Assembly: GCA_018398765.1 (NCBI GenBank)
Contig: JAHBMJ010000346.1
Location: forward strand, 1-50,010
Origin: Chromera velia
Taxonomy: Eukaryota
Direction: 5' to 3'
DNA: 50,010 nt
A model generated the notes under the pieces. The model was not told where the DNA came from. It searched no databases and saw only the letters and a program-made list of their open reading frames with translations. This document shows positions 12,045 through 24,179 of this stretch, piece after piece. How positions within the stretch are numbered: the first letter of the stretch is position 1; every line of letters begins with the position of its first letter. The position numbers and the translations under genes were made by a program.

Positions 12045-12827
12045 AGGGAATCCAGATGACTTTCCGTTGCTTTCATCCGGATGCTCTGATAACATATACC
12101 CAACACCACGCAATACACCTAACCACAACACACCAAAGACCTGGCCCCCCTCCCCCCTCACAAACAGCCCTCTTCTGCCTCCCCTTTTTTTCTGCAGCTC
12201 TCCTTAACATGATCGGAAAATCCAAAGCCGCGCTGCCAAAAGCCGCAGCCACAGCAGGACAGGCAGAGGAAGGGGCCGCGGGAGGGGAGGAGAAGAAGCC
12301 GAAGGCCCAACCGGCCCCTGCACCGATTTCTCTTTCGACCCAGCTCACGGACCTCTATGCACGGCTGCAGAGGTGCGGCAGCGAGGGCGCCATTCGAAGA
12401 GCTGAGATGTCCATTCGAGTCAGTACGGGAACTATCTATCTAGGTTTGATGCCGCCGCTGCCACCTGCCTTTTCTGCCTTCTGCCACCGTCCCGCGGGCC
12501 TTCTCTCTCTCTACACCACACACAAACACACACACACGCGCGCGCGCGCGCGCGCACGCACGCACGCACGTGTCCTGTCAAAGCCGCTCTTGCTGATTTC
12601 CTCCTCCCTATCGCTGAGACATATGCAGTTCATGCTTTTTCTATCTAGCCGCACCCCATGTCCTGCTGCTCGGCCGCATCGTCACTCTCTCTCTCTGTGT
12701 GTGTGTGTGTGTGTGTGCAGGCTCTCCAATGCGAACTGGAGCAAATCCGTCCTCGTCCAGTCGGAGGCCCTGATGTGAGTCTTTTCTTTCTCTGTGCATG
12801 CCGTTTTTTCTTTCTTTCTTTCTTTCT

Positions 12828-12858
<31 letters not shown>

Positions 12859-14398
12859 TTTTTTTTCTTTCTTTGTTTCTTTCTTTCTTCCTTCCTTCCT
12901 TCCTTTCTTTCTTTCTTCCTTCCTTCCTCCCTCGCTTGCTTTCGTTTTTTCTGTGTCTGGCGTGCATGTAGGTGAAAAGAAGAGGAGACAGAAAAGAAAG
13001 AAATGTGCAGTTTGTCTGTGTGGGTCTGGCAGTAGAGTGTGTCCTCGTTACCTTAAGTCTTGCTCCTCGTCTCTCCGCAACCATTCTCTCGCTTGCTTCG
13101 ATCGATTTCCCTTTTCTTTCTTTTTTTCTTCTTCCCTGCCCCCTCCTTCCTTCACTTAGTCCGCTGGGGGGCGTGAAACAAGCTTGGAGTTGCCTGACTG
13201 TATGTAGTGGAGATGTGCCTGTCTCTGTGACCGAGCTTCTTCGTGCAGGCTGACGACTCAGATATTCCAGACGCCTTCAACCCAAACACAAGGGTCGGTC
13301 AGTCAGTCAACCGGTTGATCCGTTGGTCGGTCTGTCAGTCGGACGACGGAGTAAGGAAGGTGAGCAAGCAAATAAAAAAATCCCTTTGCAGACTAAGGCT
13401 CGAGGTGAGGCCGGGGGAATTTTGTGCCCGGTATTCGATGGGCTCAGACGAAGGATTTTTGTTTTTTGTCTTTGACAAGCTGTCTCACAAAAACAAAAAT
13501 GAGAGGACGACCTTTTGTTTCAATTCTGTGTCCGGGACCCGGGGTCCTTCCCTGTACGTGTGAGACAAAAGCCAAGCAGAGGATGTGGAGACAAAAGGGG
13601 GAACTGGGTGTGAGGAAGGGAAAGGGACTTTTCTTTCGTTGTCTCAAACTGATGAACAATCGAAGATGGTTTCAGGTGGACTGAATTTGTGTCTCTGAGT
13701 TGAAAGGGTTCAGCGGCCTTGCTCAAGAGTACGCAGCTGCCTTTCAAATGTTTCCTCAATTGAGCCATCTGGACCCGCAACCCGCGTGGAGGTATGTGTC
13801 TGCTTACTTTTTTTGTTTCCTTTCATTTTCTTCTGCAGCTCCAGAAGCTCTACGACGACGTTGTGATTTATGACGACACAGCCAAGTGAGTTTTTGGTTC
13901 CTTCTTTGCATCTATGAACATGGATTCGTCACAATAGAGTCGGGTGAGTCAGCGGGCGAGAGTGCAGTTGCTTGCTTTGGTCATGTGATGTGATGGATGC
14001 TTCGAGCAAGTCGGTGGCTGACCGAAAGAGGACTGCATGCATGCGGGGTGGCACTTGGCACTTGAAAATCGTCTTTTCTTTCTCTCATACAATCGGAAGA
14101 AGTGTGGACAGTGACTTTTGTCCATGGGTTTGTTCTTTCTCTGTCAATTCTTGTTCGTGGCGTCTGCCTGCAGACAAATGAAGCAGATGCTACATTCCCT
14201 AAAGGATTGCGAGAAGGAGTATTTGCAGGCAAGTACAACTGCACCCACTTCCTTTCTCCCTTGATGCATGTCCTGCTCTTGCACTTCCCTCTCCTTCTAC
14301 CCCTCTGTGTTTCTTTTTGTTTCTCTGTCGCTCTCTATCTGTCTATCTATCTATCTTTCTCCATCTGTTTTTTTGCGTCTCTCTCTCTCTCTCTCTCT

Positions 14399-14443
<45 letters not shown>

Positions 14444-15195
14444 AGAGAGAGAGAGAGAGAGAGCGCCCATTCCCGGAAAGAATCACAGGATCATCGGAAG
14501 CGTGTATGAAGATGCACAGGTTTCTTTTTCTGTCTTTGCTTTTCTGTGTCAGAAAGGAAAAGGGAGAAGCCTGTCTGCCTGAGCTTCTACCCTTCCTTGC
14601 TCCACTAGTCGGCCGAGGAAGTGACTGAATGAATGAAGAAATCAATCAAGGAATAGGTATTTGTGGAAGGCACACACACACCCTCTTTCTTCTCCCCCCT
14701 CTCCTCTGCAGGCTGTCCACGTCGTGCAGACAATCCGGGCTCAAGAGGTCCAGCAGTTTGCGCTCCTGGTGGGTTGGTTCATTCGTCCGTCGGCTTTGTT
14801 TGGTGGCCTCTTTGGTTGGTTGGTTGGTTGGCTGGTTCGTTCCTCTTGTCACTTGTTGTTTTCCTTTCGAATGTCTCTGCTCATCGGTTGCCGCAAACCA
14901 TTTGCCTGCATCGACCTCCATCCTTCAAAAGCCTCAAACCCCTCCCCCCCCCTGGAAATGAACAGAAACTCCACTTCCCTCCCAGCTCCTGCCATCACGA
15001 GTGAATATGTTTTGAGAAAGCGTTTCGAGTTCACCTCATGCACTTCAAACTCGCTCCCTTCTTGTGTCCCTCTCCCTACAGGATCTGGTGCACGCCAGCA
15101 AAGATGGAATGGAAACGCTGGAAAAGCAGATCAAGGAGAACGACGCGGTTCTGAAGAAGAATGCGGACATTCTTGTCAAACGCCTTTCGAAATGA
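6706..15195 (+). CDS. DCTN2: Dynactin subunit 2 (p50/dynamitin)-like protein, 18 exons
   Basis: Phase-consistent exons: 6706-7126 (or 7144), 7506-7598, 8023-8088, 8391-8427, 8798-8843, 9331-9430, 10016-10050, 10594-10695, 11001-11182, 11403-11470, 11727-11792, 12198-12418, 12721-12774, 13249-13293, 13839-13885, 14174-14228, 14712-14768, 15082-15195. The spliced product has dynamitin-like segments in the expected order: PEAAFYRFAGKRIQEGLDF, ETPIERLQRLRKEV, VVYQL, ERMEKRV, LQKLYD, and a C-terminal coil IKENDAVLKKNADILVKRLSK*. Confidence 0.82.
7604..14463. repeat. Intronic microsatellites: compound (CT)n(GT)n, (CA)n(GA)n, (TTTC)n, (CTGT)n
   Basis: Examples at 7604-7677, 10078-10110, 10715-10760, 12685-12717, 12805-12930 and 14378-14463. 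Similar tracts occur in kinase, PhyH and DUR3 introns. Confidence 0.95.
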
Positions 15196-16233
15196 GAGAG
15201 GGAGAGAGAGAGAGAGAGAGGCAGGCAGGCAGGCAGGCAGGCAGACGAAGGGTGCATGGAGGGCAATCGATTCACGCTCCCCAGCCTGGTTTGGAGAGAG
15301 GAAAGAAAGCCCGGATGCGTTTTTTTGGTCGGATGGCTGTTGTGCTCCGTTGTGCTGCTAGAACGTGGCGGCCGCGTACTGTGATACGGCGCCGCTCGAG
15401 CGGTTCCTGCATGGTGTCCACTTGGGGACGTGACGGAAATGGAGGATGTCTGTTGGCTCAGACTTACGGTTTACAAAAGCAATCAGCCATTAGAGAAAAA
15501 GCTGCAGATGCGCATGTGGTGGCGTTTTTAAGGCTGAAAGACAATGATCGTCGCAGCAATCCTTTTCATCGTGTGTCGATGATGCCATGCCCATTTTTAT
15601 GCCTTAATTCTTCTAGGCATCATTATCATCAGAATATCTAGTTCAATATAGATCGAGCAAAAAATCAGCAAGAGGTTCATTAAAAATTTAACATTATAAC
15701 AGAAACAGTGAGTTAGGCTGCAAGATGTATGACTTATTTGAGTTCAGGGTTCTAGTGTTTTTAAATTGACCGCAGCCTTGAACTATAGGCCTTGAATATA
15801 ATTAATTAAAGGCTTCCCATGTTCTATTTAGAACTAAATAATTCTAGTATCATCATGATGATGGGGGGTATACCCGCTATGGGCCGCCAATATAAACTAC
15901 TATATGTACTATATAATATAATTAATATAGCTTGGTGCAATTAATTATTCTGCATGGCATGCCGGGTTGGCTAGAGCCTAAGTCGTGGCTCACCAGCTTT
16001 AACCTAACTTTTTTTGAACTTATTCATTCATCATACTAGTGATCATAATTTGTCAATACGATGCTAGATACGATGATGATTTGTTTTTTAATGAATCAAT
16101 CAATCACATTGATCGATAAATTTATTAGGGGTATCACAAAGAAAAAAAAAAGTAAATAACTCTGTTTATCAGGTTTTTTTTTTTCTTTTTTTTTGTCTAA
16201 AACAACTGTTCTAGCAACTGTTGTTTAGCTGTT

Positions 16234-17555
16234 CCCTACAAAACCGGGTAAAATTCTCCAGGAATTTAGTGGAATTTAATAGAATTTACCCTTGGAATTT
16301 AGTGGAATTTGGTGTATGTACACTTGGACCTTAAGAGTTACTAAAGGACTTTTACGAAAAAGTCGCGTTACTAGAATTACATAACTTTTTACCGGTTATC
16401 AACAGCTTTTCTGAACCTGTTAGAGAGGTTAAGTTACCGTAATTTTACTCTTTTCTAGGCCATGTTCAAAGACTTTTCGGGGCCGTTACCGCACTTCCCC
16501 GCGTGGTTAAGAACCGTTATACTTCCTGTCTCCCCTTCTTTTTCTCTGTAGGTGAAAGTGTGTACCAAGTTTAAGCTTATAATGACTACAAAACAGCGTA
16601 CAAGACACTATAAGGCACTCTTTTATTGATGTAGTGATTTAAAATAGAGATCATGTCTGTGACAGCTAAACGTCACAGTTGGCCCGGGTGACTGTGGGTC
16701 TCAATTTTAGACTGAATTTTTTTGTAGTGATGGCGCAGTCAAAGATTTAGTCAAGACCCAGTGAATCTGCATCTAAAGCTTCAAAGAAGCACCGTTTAAA
16801 CATGATGATTTAATTGTCATTGAGTCTGGCACTGAATCATGGATGATATGGCGGATGATGGCCTCAAAAAAGAGATTAAAAAAGACTCTGAAGTGACGGT
16901 ATTAGTAGCCTATAGTAAAGTGTTGAAAATGTTTCAGCTAAATCATTTTGCCGCATGTCTAAAGCAGAGAAAACATTTTAAAACAGTATCACTCTAGTTT
17001 AAAAAACGGTGTAAACACTAGTTTTATTATGATAGTATAGCCTTCCGGGGGGCCCTTCCTACTGTAGTTTAGTAAATTTAGGGCATCTGTGAAAGTTACT
17101 AAAGTATGGTAACTTTAGGGGGTCATGGACCCTAAAGTTACTGCGCTATCCGGGTAACTCTTAAAGTCCAAGTATAGGTGTATGGATTTTAGTAGAATTT
17201 ACCATGAAATCTACTTATCTAAATTCCATTAAATTCCACAAACTTTGAAGGCTTATTTCTTGTAATCTAGAAAGACTAAGGAGCTTAAGTGAACAGTGTT
17301 TGTAGAGCTTTTAACTCAGCTTTATAAGGTGTACTAGTATAAACACTGTTAACTTGAGCTCCTAACTCTTTCTAGATCGCGAGCTAGAAATAAGCCTTCA
17401 AAGTTTGTGGCATTTAGTGGAATTTAGACAAGTACACGTAGATTCCACGCTAGATTCCACTAAAATCCACCAAATTCCACTAAATTCTAAGGGTAAATTC
17501 CATTAAATTCCACTAAATTCCTGGGCCCTGGGGAATTTAACCCGGTTTTGTAGGG
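16234..17555. mobile_element. Foldback (palindromic) non-autonomous DNA transposon with CMC/CACTA-like termini
   Basis: TIR CCCTACAAAACCGGGT at 16234 and inverted ending at 17555. Subterminal GGAATTTAGT repeats. The arms stay complementary to a centre near 17320 once 16319-17176 is removed. TT lies on both flanks. Confidence 0.85.
16319..17176. mobile_element. hAT-like non-autonomous element with 8-bp TSD
   Basis: TIR TA(C/T)ACTTGGAC(C/T)TTAAGAGTTAC. Perfect 8-bp duplication GGTGTATG at 16311-16318 and 17177-17184. Confidence 0.88.
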
Positions 17556-18358
17556 TTACACGGGTGTTGCATAAGTGTTGCAAGGTGTTGCCGGCCAAAA
17601 AAAGAAAAAAAGAAAAAAAAAGTAGATAACTCGTTTTTCTAGAGACTTTTTTTCTTTTTTTTTTATTGTGATATACCTAGTAAATTTGATGTTAAATTAT
17701 TCTAAAAACTAGTCCAAATATTCATATAACAAAAAAATATATATGTATTATAGTTTGTTTTCAATTGTTACGATGCAGTGCATACAGTTTTTTAAATGAC
17801 TCAATTATAAGGTTGCCGAATAGCAGGAGCATTAATGTGCAAAATACACTGCAAACTGTATCGCAAACTGGTGTATCTTTGCTGAATGATAGCCTGAATC
17901 TTTCACTGTCAGAAGAAACAAACCAGGAACCAACAGTGAAATAACGTTGTTACTATTTCAAATTGCTGCACTGTGTGCTTTCAATTGCACCAATTACTTT
18001 GCACAGGAAGTCAGTGGTGCCAAAAACGAATAAAACCCTCAGCAGGCTTGCTGAAACTGTCTCCACTCAGCCAGCAACTTGAACTTGAAGGCCACACTGA
18101 ATGCGAGGTGCGTTCAACTCAAGTTGGCCACACTCGTTGTACCAGTCCCTCAGGACAAAGAAAGCGTGCTGACCGCCGAGGGAGACCAAGACGCAAAACA
18201 GCGCTAGTCCCTCAATCTTGGTATCATGAAATCCCTGATCCCCCGTCCCTGACAAAAGACGCATCACAGCGACACACCGGGTCCCCCCCCCCCCTTTTCT
18301 TGTCCTGTCTTGTCTTGTCTTGATCTCAAGCGAATTCCGAAGACTTGGGTCAAAACTT

Positions 18359-20709
18359 CTAGAAGGCCGCCATCACACCCCTCATCGAAGTGCGGATCTT
18401 CTCCACGTCCAACGCGCCATCCGCTCCCCTCAAGTCTGAGAGAAGCACCTGCACCATTTTGCAGACGTACGTATGAAGAGAATCAGTCTGGATCTGTAAA
18501 GCCTCTATCATGATGCGTCATGCTGACATCTTTTGGCCTTTCTGTGTGCCGCTCACTGCACATGAAAGTCGTGTGGCGACAAGCTCACGAGGGTGCACAA
18601 ACGCCTCCTTTAGGGAAGCAAAACCTGGCAAGATGCATTTCGAGTTCTGCCGCTTTGAATGCGCGAATTTCATCAATGGTCTTGTGGACAAAGCAATTTG
18701 CTGTCTGCGGAATGCAAGGGAGAAATTTAAAATTGCAGTTATGTTTCGGACTCCCGGCGACAAAAAGTGATAATCATTGGAAAAACATAAAAATGCCGCA
18801 AAAGTGCGACGGACCTGAGAGCCATCTGACGGCACCGGTTGTCGCACGTGTCGGACGTCGTCGAAGTAGGGATGGGCAATCATCTCCTCAATGCTGCTGC
18901 GCTTTGCAGGCTCAAAGGCAAGTGCAGATTTGATGAGACTGATGAAGTTATCGCCGCAAACCTTCAGCACTGTTTCCAAAGTTGACGGTCTCTCCACAAA
19001 GAGGGAGATGTAGCTGCAAAAGAAAAAAGACGCAATTGAGAAATAGAGAAATGGAAAAGAGAAAACAGTTGAAAATGTGAAAAGAAAGGAGATGCGATGA
19101 ATCTACGGCAAACAACACTGGAGAGAGGTCATTGAAGAGGCAACGCCAAAGAGTATTGGCAGAACGGGCTTTGGAGAGAAAGCGAAGTAAAATGAGAGTC
19201 CCTGTTTTTGATGTACGGCCACCCTGATACAGACTCATTGACAACAGCATGAGAAACGCGTGAGCTTGGCCACAAAGAGGAAGAAGTCAAAGGCATGAAT
19301 GCAGGCTCAGATGCCTTCACGGATGTAAACATATGTCGGGCGTAAGAATTCCCATGTGATTCATGCACGAGCCAAGAAGGAGGTTGCATGGCCCTGGTCT
19401 TGTTTTTTTGAATCAAGGGAGGGACTGACTGCTGGAGAATCGAATCGAGGTGTTTCGTCTCGCTCGCTGTGGGCGTGCCCAGAAGGTCGAAGATGATGTT
19501 CAACTGCTCTCCGTCATCGTCCGCGTTCCGCCTGAGCGTACGCACACACAGCACAGCACTGGGTTGTGAAAAAAATCACCAAAAGGAATTCAAAGCGACA
19601 AACAGAGTGGCAGCTAGATCATACACCTGAACGTACGGAGGGACCCAGGGCATGCATGCAGTTTCCATGCACCCCGATCTGATTCGATCAGTTAATTATT
19701 TTCTGGCCGGACAAACTGACAATCTCATAGAATGCCGCAATTAAACATTCGATGGAGGCTCATCGGAGCACAAAGAAATCCTCGAGCACTGGATACAGCT
19801 GAGGACCAGCCTGTCTTGTTTCCTGCCTGTCAGCTGACCTCAGAATCTCTTTGGCTTCGGGAGACATCTGTTCGACCACGACAGAGAGAGGCTTTGTCTC
19901 CCAATCGTCGTCGAGTCCGTCAAGAACCTTCTCGCTGAGGCTTCTCCGGTTACAATCGCACTGTCCATGATCCAGTGGGAACGCGAATTCCGACTCAAAC
20001 ACGGGACCAGGCGTAGGCCAGATCATTCTCTGGTCTTCGCTTCGGCAGTCGGGGTTCCAGAGATCCGCCATCCTCAGGGCGAACTCTATGAGGATACAGG
20101 CAAGAGCCCTGTATTGCAAAAGAGCAATGAAAAACTTATCGGAGAGCGCAGATTGGCGTATGAATTCTTGTTTTGTCAGGTAAGCACAGACAAACAGTTG
20201 CAAAAGAGACATAGAGGTCCTATTCGAAGCAGGCTGAAAATGGAGTACTAAATCCATTCGTTCTTCCAGACAGTGTCACCTGTATGTTGTCATGTGAGAG
20301 CCGCAAGTATTCAAGTACACCCGGGGGACATCGCGTTTCCTCGATCACTGAATTTTGGAGAGATTCAATCTGAAGGAAACGATGCGCATTTGGGCATTCA
20401 GATGGACTGACCACACGTCAGTGGCAGTGTTGAGCATGTTCCTCTTCACTCCGAACCTCGACAGCACCTCCGGTGGTAGGTAGACTCGAGAGCCTCTCCC
20501 TCCCGTCGGCAGACAGGCAGAGGGAGCGCTGGCAGAGGAAATCGTGCCTCCTGGAAGTTGAGAGACAAATCCCATGTCACTGCATACACACAGATCCATG
20601 CAAAAATGATGTAACGAAAAAGTCTCTCTCTCTCTCTCACACACACAAACACGGACGGACAGACTATATGTTTCTTCTTCTCAGACGGACAAACGGACAG
20701 ACAGGCACA

Positions 20710-20747
<38 letters not shown>

Positions 20748-20791
20748 ATCATCCACTCACTCACCAACTCACTCACTCACTCACTCACTCA

Positions 20792-20829
<38 letters not shown>

Positions 20830-22111
20830 CGTACGTATACACACCCACACTCCTTTGCTAGCTCCTTTGCTTGCTTCTCCATCCTGTGTCGCCTCTTTCT
20901 CTATACTCTTTCTGTTTGCCTTTCTTTCTTGCTTTTTTCCCTTCCCTGCTTTTTGTGGAAGTATCTTCAAGAATTGCAAGAAAACGGCATTTCAGAACTT
21001 TGTGTTTGGAGTCTTTTGGAGAATTAACTGACACTAATTTGATGCGTTCGTGCCCTTCGAGAAGGTCCATGACGAAGTGCCCGGGTTTCATGTCCCTGTA
21101 GTAGATTCGGTGGTCATGTAGTGCCTTCACAGCGCGCACCATGTCTAGTTGGAGCAGCTTTGCGGTTTCTTTGGAGAGCGACACCCTCTCCTCCCATCCA
21201 CCTCTCTCCCCCACACCCCTCCGATGCGGTTTCTTTGGAGAGCGCAACGTCATCTTCCAGAAAGTCAGATAGTTTCGTGCTCAGAAACTCCATGGTGAAG
21301 GCCACGTCCTGCAGATGCACCAAGAAAATCGGTTAATTATGATCATGTACCATTTTGACAGACCGTCAAAAAGCGTGTGCAGAACCGATCATTTTGTATA
21401 TCATGAAAGAAGTGTGACGACGCTCCACTGTGCTGCAAAGAGAAAGTCCTCACCCAGGCTCTGCCGATTCTCCACTTGCTTTTTCTTGGACTCATTCGAA
21501 AACCCGTATGAAATTCTTAAGTGACTTTTCCGCGTGCACGGGCTGCCGTCTTTTTTGCAATCTTTGGAATGAAAAAAAAACGGGGGGCGGGTTGGTGTTG
21601 AGGGAACAGGTCAAACCAGACTTACCGTGAAATTTGCCGTGTCGTCTGGAGGGATCACGTCAAGCAGCTTCGGAATGTAGCGTGAGTTCATCTGATGAAG
21701 TACCTCCAACTCCCACGCGATCCGTGCCGCGCTCTCCGGAGTTTCGAAAGCGCCATAGGTCACCTTGAGAGCGACAACCTGCTGCGTAGACTTTTCCATG
21801 GCCTTGTAGACCGCACCTGCAAGAACAATCACGAAAAGTAATCGAATTTCCTGAGCATTTGATCAAGAGACTTGGCAGTCGAGGTTGACAGGCAGACGAA
21901 GTGAAGCACTTCTCCCAGGGTCAGAATTCTTCGCATACACATATGCGGAGAAGGCGAAAGGTCGAATGAACTGAAGATAAATGAGGTCGACAACAACGGT
22001 AGAAACACAGGCATGCGACTGCAAGTAAATACCGTAGGAGAGGGTTAACATCCACTGGCCGGCAGCGGGGAAGGCATGCATGCAAGAGTGGAGGCCGGAT
22101 GGGGGCCATAA

Positions 22112-22145
<34 letters not shown>

Positions 22146-24179
22146 AAATGAAGAGCGATGGACGAAATGTACGTCGAGACAGATCGTTACTACGAGCACA
22201 CTTGAAATAAAGCGACTGTCTTAGGCAGAAAAACGGGAAGAAAACACCACGCGTCCTGGAAGCAGTCGAAAGAGAGACAGGCAGAGAGACGGATGGTAGC
22301 AGAGAGAAGGCAGAGAACTGAATGGAGAGAGTAAGGGGAATTTCAAACCTGGAGAAAAGAAGATAAAGAGAGAGGCGGAAGAACAGGAAGTGCATTTGAA
22401 GAAAAAGAAGCGAAGACGGACAGGGAGAAAAAGACCGGGCGGGAAGAAGCTTCGAATTTCAGAAGACAAGGATGGGATGAAAAGGAAAAGGGACTCAATC
22501 AATTTGAAGAAAAGGGCCTACCGAAATCGCCCTTCCCGACGAACTGAAGAATCTCGCAGCCCTCGAGCAACTGGCGTGGCCATGTCGCCCGAAATTCCAT
22601 CTCCCTCTCTGCGTCTTCGTCGAACTCGCTCTCTGCGTCTTCGTCGCCTTCGCTCTCTGCGTCTCCGTCGAACTCGCTCTGTGCGTCTTCGTCGCCTTCG
22701 CTCTCTGCGTCTTCGTCGCCTTCGCTCTCTGCGTCTTCGTCGCCTTCGCTCTCTGCGTCCTCGTCGAACTCGCTCTGTGCGTCTTCGTCGAACTCGCTCT
22801 GTGCGTCTTCGTCGAACTTGCTCTCTGCGTCTTCGTCGGCTTCGCTCTCCGTGTCTTTCCGAACCTTCCTCTCTACGTCTTCCTGAATCCGTCTCCTGCT
22901 TTCAGCACGCACACGGATTCATGTGAGTATGTGTGAATCCTGACAAGGAAGGAGGCCTGGTCAAGACGATGTCAACATGTTTTGAAGTGATAGTTGGCAT
23001 GGAAGCACCTAGGGAAGCACAGTCTGAGAGAAGTACATGAACAAAAACAGTATGATCAGATCGATTTCTGTCCCTGTTCTCCAGATCAAGCCTCGCATTC
23101 GTGCTAACATGCTCGCTCTGTAGGCTAAGCAGAGTCTGTGGGAGACGGAACGTGCAAAGGGAGGAGGGGAGGGGCAGGGAGGGAAGGGGAGGAGAAAGGT
23201 TAGGACCAGGGAGAGAAAAGCGGTGGATTGGGAACTGGATGCACTTCCTGCTGTGCCGCTGGGAAACGGGGAGGCCTATCTATGTTCCCTACCTGTGAGA
23301 GTTTGGATATGACGATTCGAGAACCGGAACACCCTCGGATGGTATGCCCCTCTTTCGGGCACCTTCGACGACAGGGATGGAGGACATGTCAGGGACAGCA
23401 GGGGAAGCTCTGATGAACTCCGCATTTCTCGAGAATGCCAGGACGTCCTCTCTCTTCTCCATCTCAATCTGCACTAATGGGTTTGATCCAAAGACGGCGT
23501 CGAGCGGGTTTACAGACGCGAGAATGGGATTCCTGGAAAGAAGCTGCTGAGCTGTGAAAGGGTACCTTAGCTGTATCACTGCGGACTTCTCGCGCAGCCA
23601 CAAAAGTCGGGCGAACACTCCTGTGCGGCAACCCTCCCTCCATGAATCCACTTTTTCAGCAACTCTAGCAGCAACTTCGGGATCGTCTGTCTGACTACTC
23701 CTGAAGAAGCAGACGAATTTCCTCTGCCGCTTATGCATGTCATCATGTGTTCTGAAATGGACAAATAAGTGGGTCTCGGGGTGGTCAGCGTATTGCTTGA
23801 CATCGTTCCTTTGGAAGAGAGGCTTGTCTTGAGTCAAAGGGCGCACACGATGCAGGAACGGGTACTGTTGGAGCAGATCTGCGGCAGAAGTCGTGGCTGA
23901 CAGCTCCACGACAGCTGTTTGATCACGTAGGAGAAGGTAAGTGAAGGTCTTTACTCCGGCCTTTGGCGGAAAGAACTCATCCTTCCACGCTTGCACCCCC
24001 GCTGCCACCGCGCTGTCTGCTGCAACACTTTTTTTGAACCACAAGAGAAACTGGGTCTGCTTGGAACCCATGTTTTCAAGAAGATGAAAATCATTTAAAT
24101 CATCCGGTGGAGACGAGCCCGGCACCACCAGCGACTCTGGAAGTACTTTGGAAGCCGCGATGGATTCGTGGCTTGACAT
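18359..24179 (-). CDS. Divergent MAPK-like (alveolate MAPK2-like) kinase with long N-terminal extension; 9 exons; exon 4 frameshifted, so possibly a pseudogene
   Basis: Phase-consistent exons: 24179-23293, 22895-22522, 21816-21626, 21308-21033, 20579-20412, 20108-about 19838, about 19530-19429, about 19013-18814, about 18494-18359. Motifs: VGKGDFGAVYK, VALK, WELEVL, YRDMKPGH, KLVDMG, YLPPE, DVWALACI, EQLNIIFDLLGTP, FEPAKRSSIEEMIAHPYFDDVR. Confidence 0.8.
22605..22850 (-). repeat. Coding 24-bp tandem repeat (about 10 copies, DAESEGDE/DAQSEFDE) in kinase exon 2
   Basis: Unit CTCT(C/G)TGCGTCTTCGTCG(AAC/CCT)TCG repeated. It translates on the minus strand as an acidic octapeptide directly before the kinase domain. 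Confidence 0.93.

Larger units (their letters stand above)
16128..17677. mobile_element. Outer MITE-like element (GG..CC ends, TA flanks) hosting two nested insertions
   Basis: Left end TA|GGGGTATCACAAAGAAAA versus right-end reverse complement TA|GGTATATCACAATAAAAA. A/T-tract subtermini on both sides. Confidence 0.6.

Noticed and set aside
7149..15641. Many 60-330 aa ORFs with HTHT/ERER/SLSL/CVCV runs
   Set aside because: They are translations of intronic microsatellites or intron read-through around DCTN2 exons.
16730..16900. Transposase ORF inside the hAT-like element
   Set aside because: Only a short stop-ridden fragment, with no BED finger, DDE or dimerisation motif visible.
22605..22850. 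Regular repeat that could be mistaken for a CRISPR array
   Set aside because: Contiguous 24-bp coding units with no unique spacers, in a eukaryotic context with no cas genes.
22390..22926. Plus-strand Arg/Leu/Ser repeat ORF (RSLRLRRL)n resembling a protamine-like protein
   Set aside because: It is the antisense shadow of the acidic repeat in kinase exon 2.
23740..23800. THLFVHF as an HUH endonuclease (Rep) motif
   Set aside because: Spacing is not HUH, no motif I or III is seen, and it is not conserved in the second repeat of the domain.
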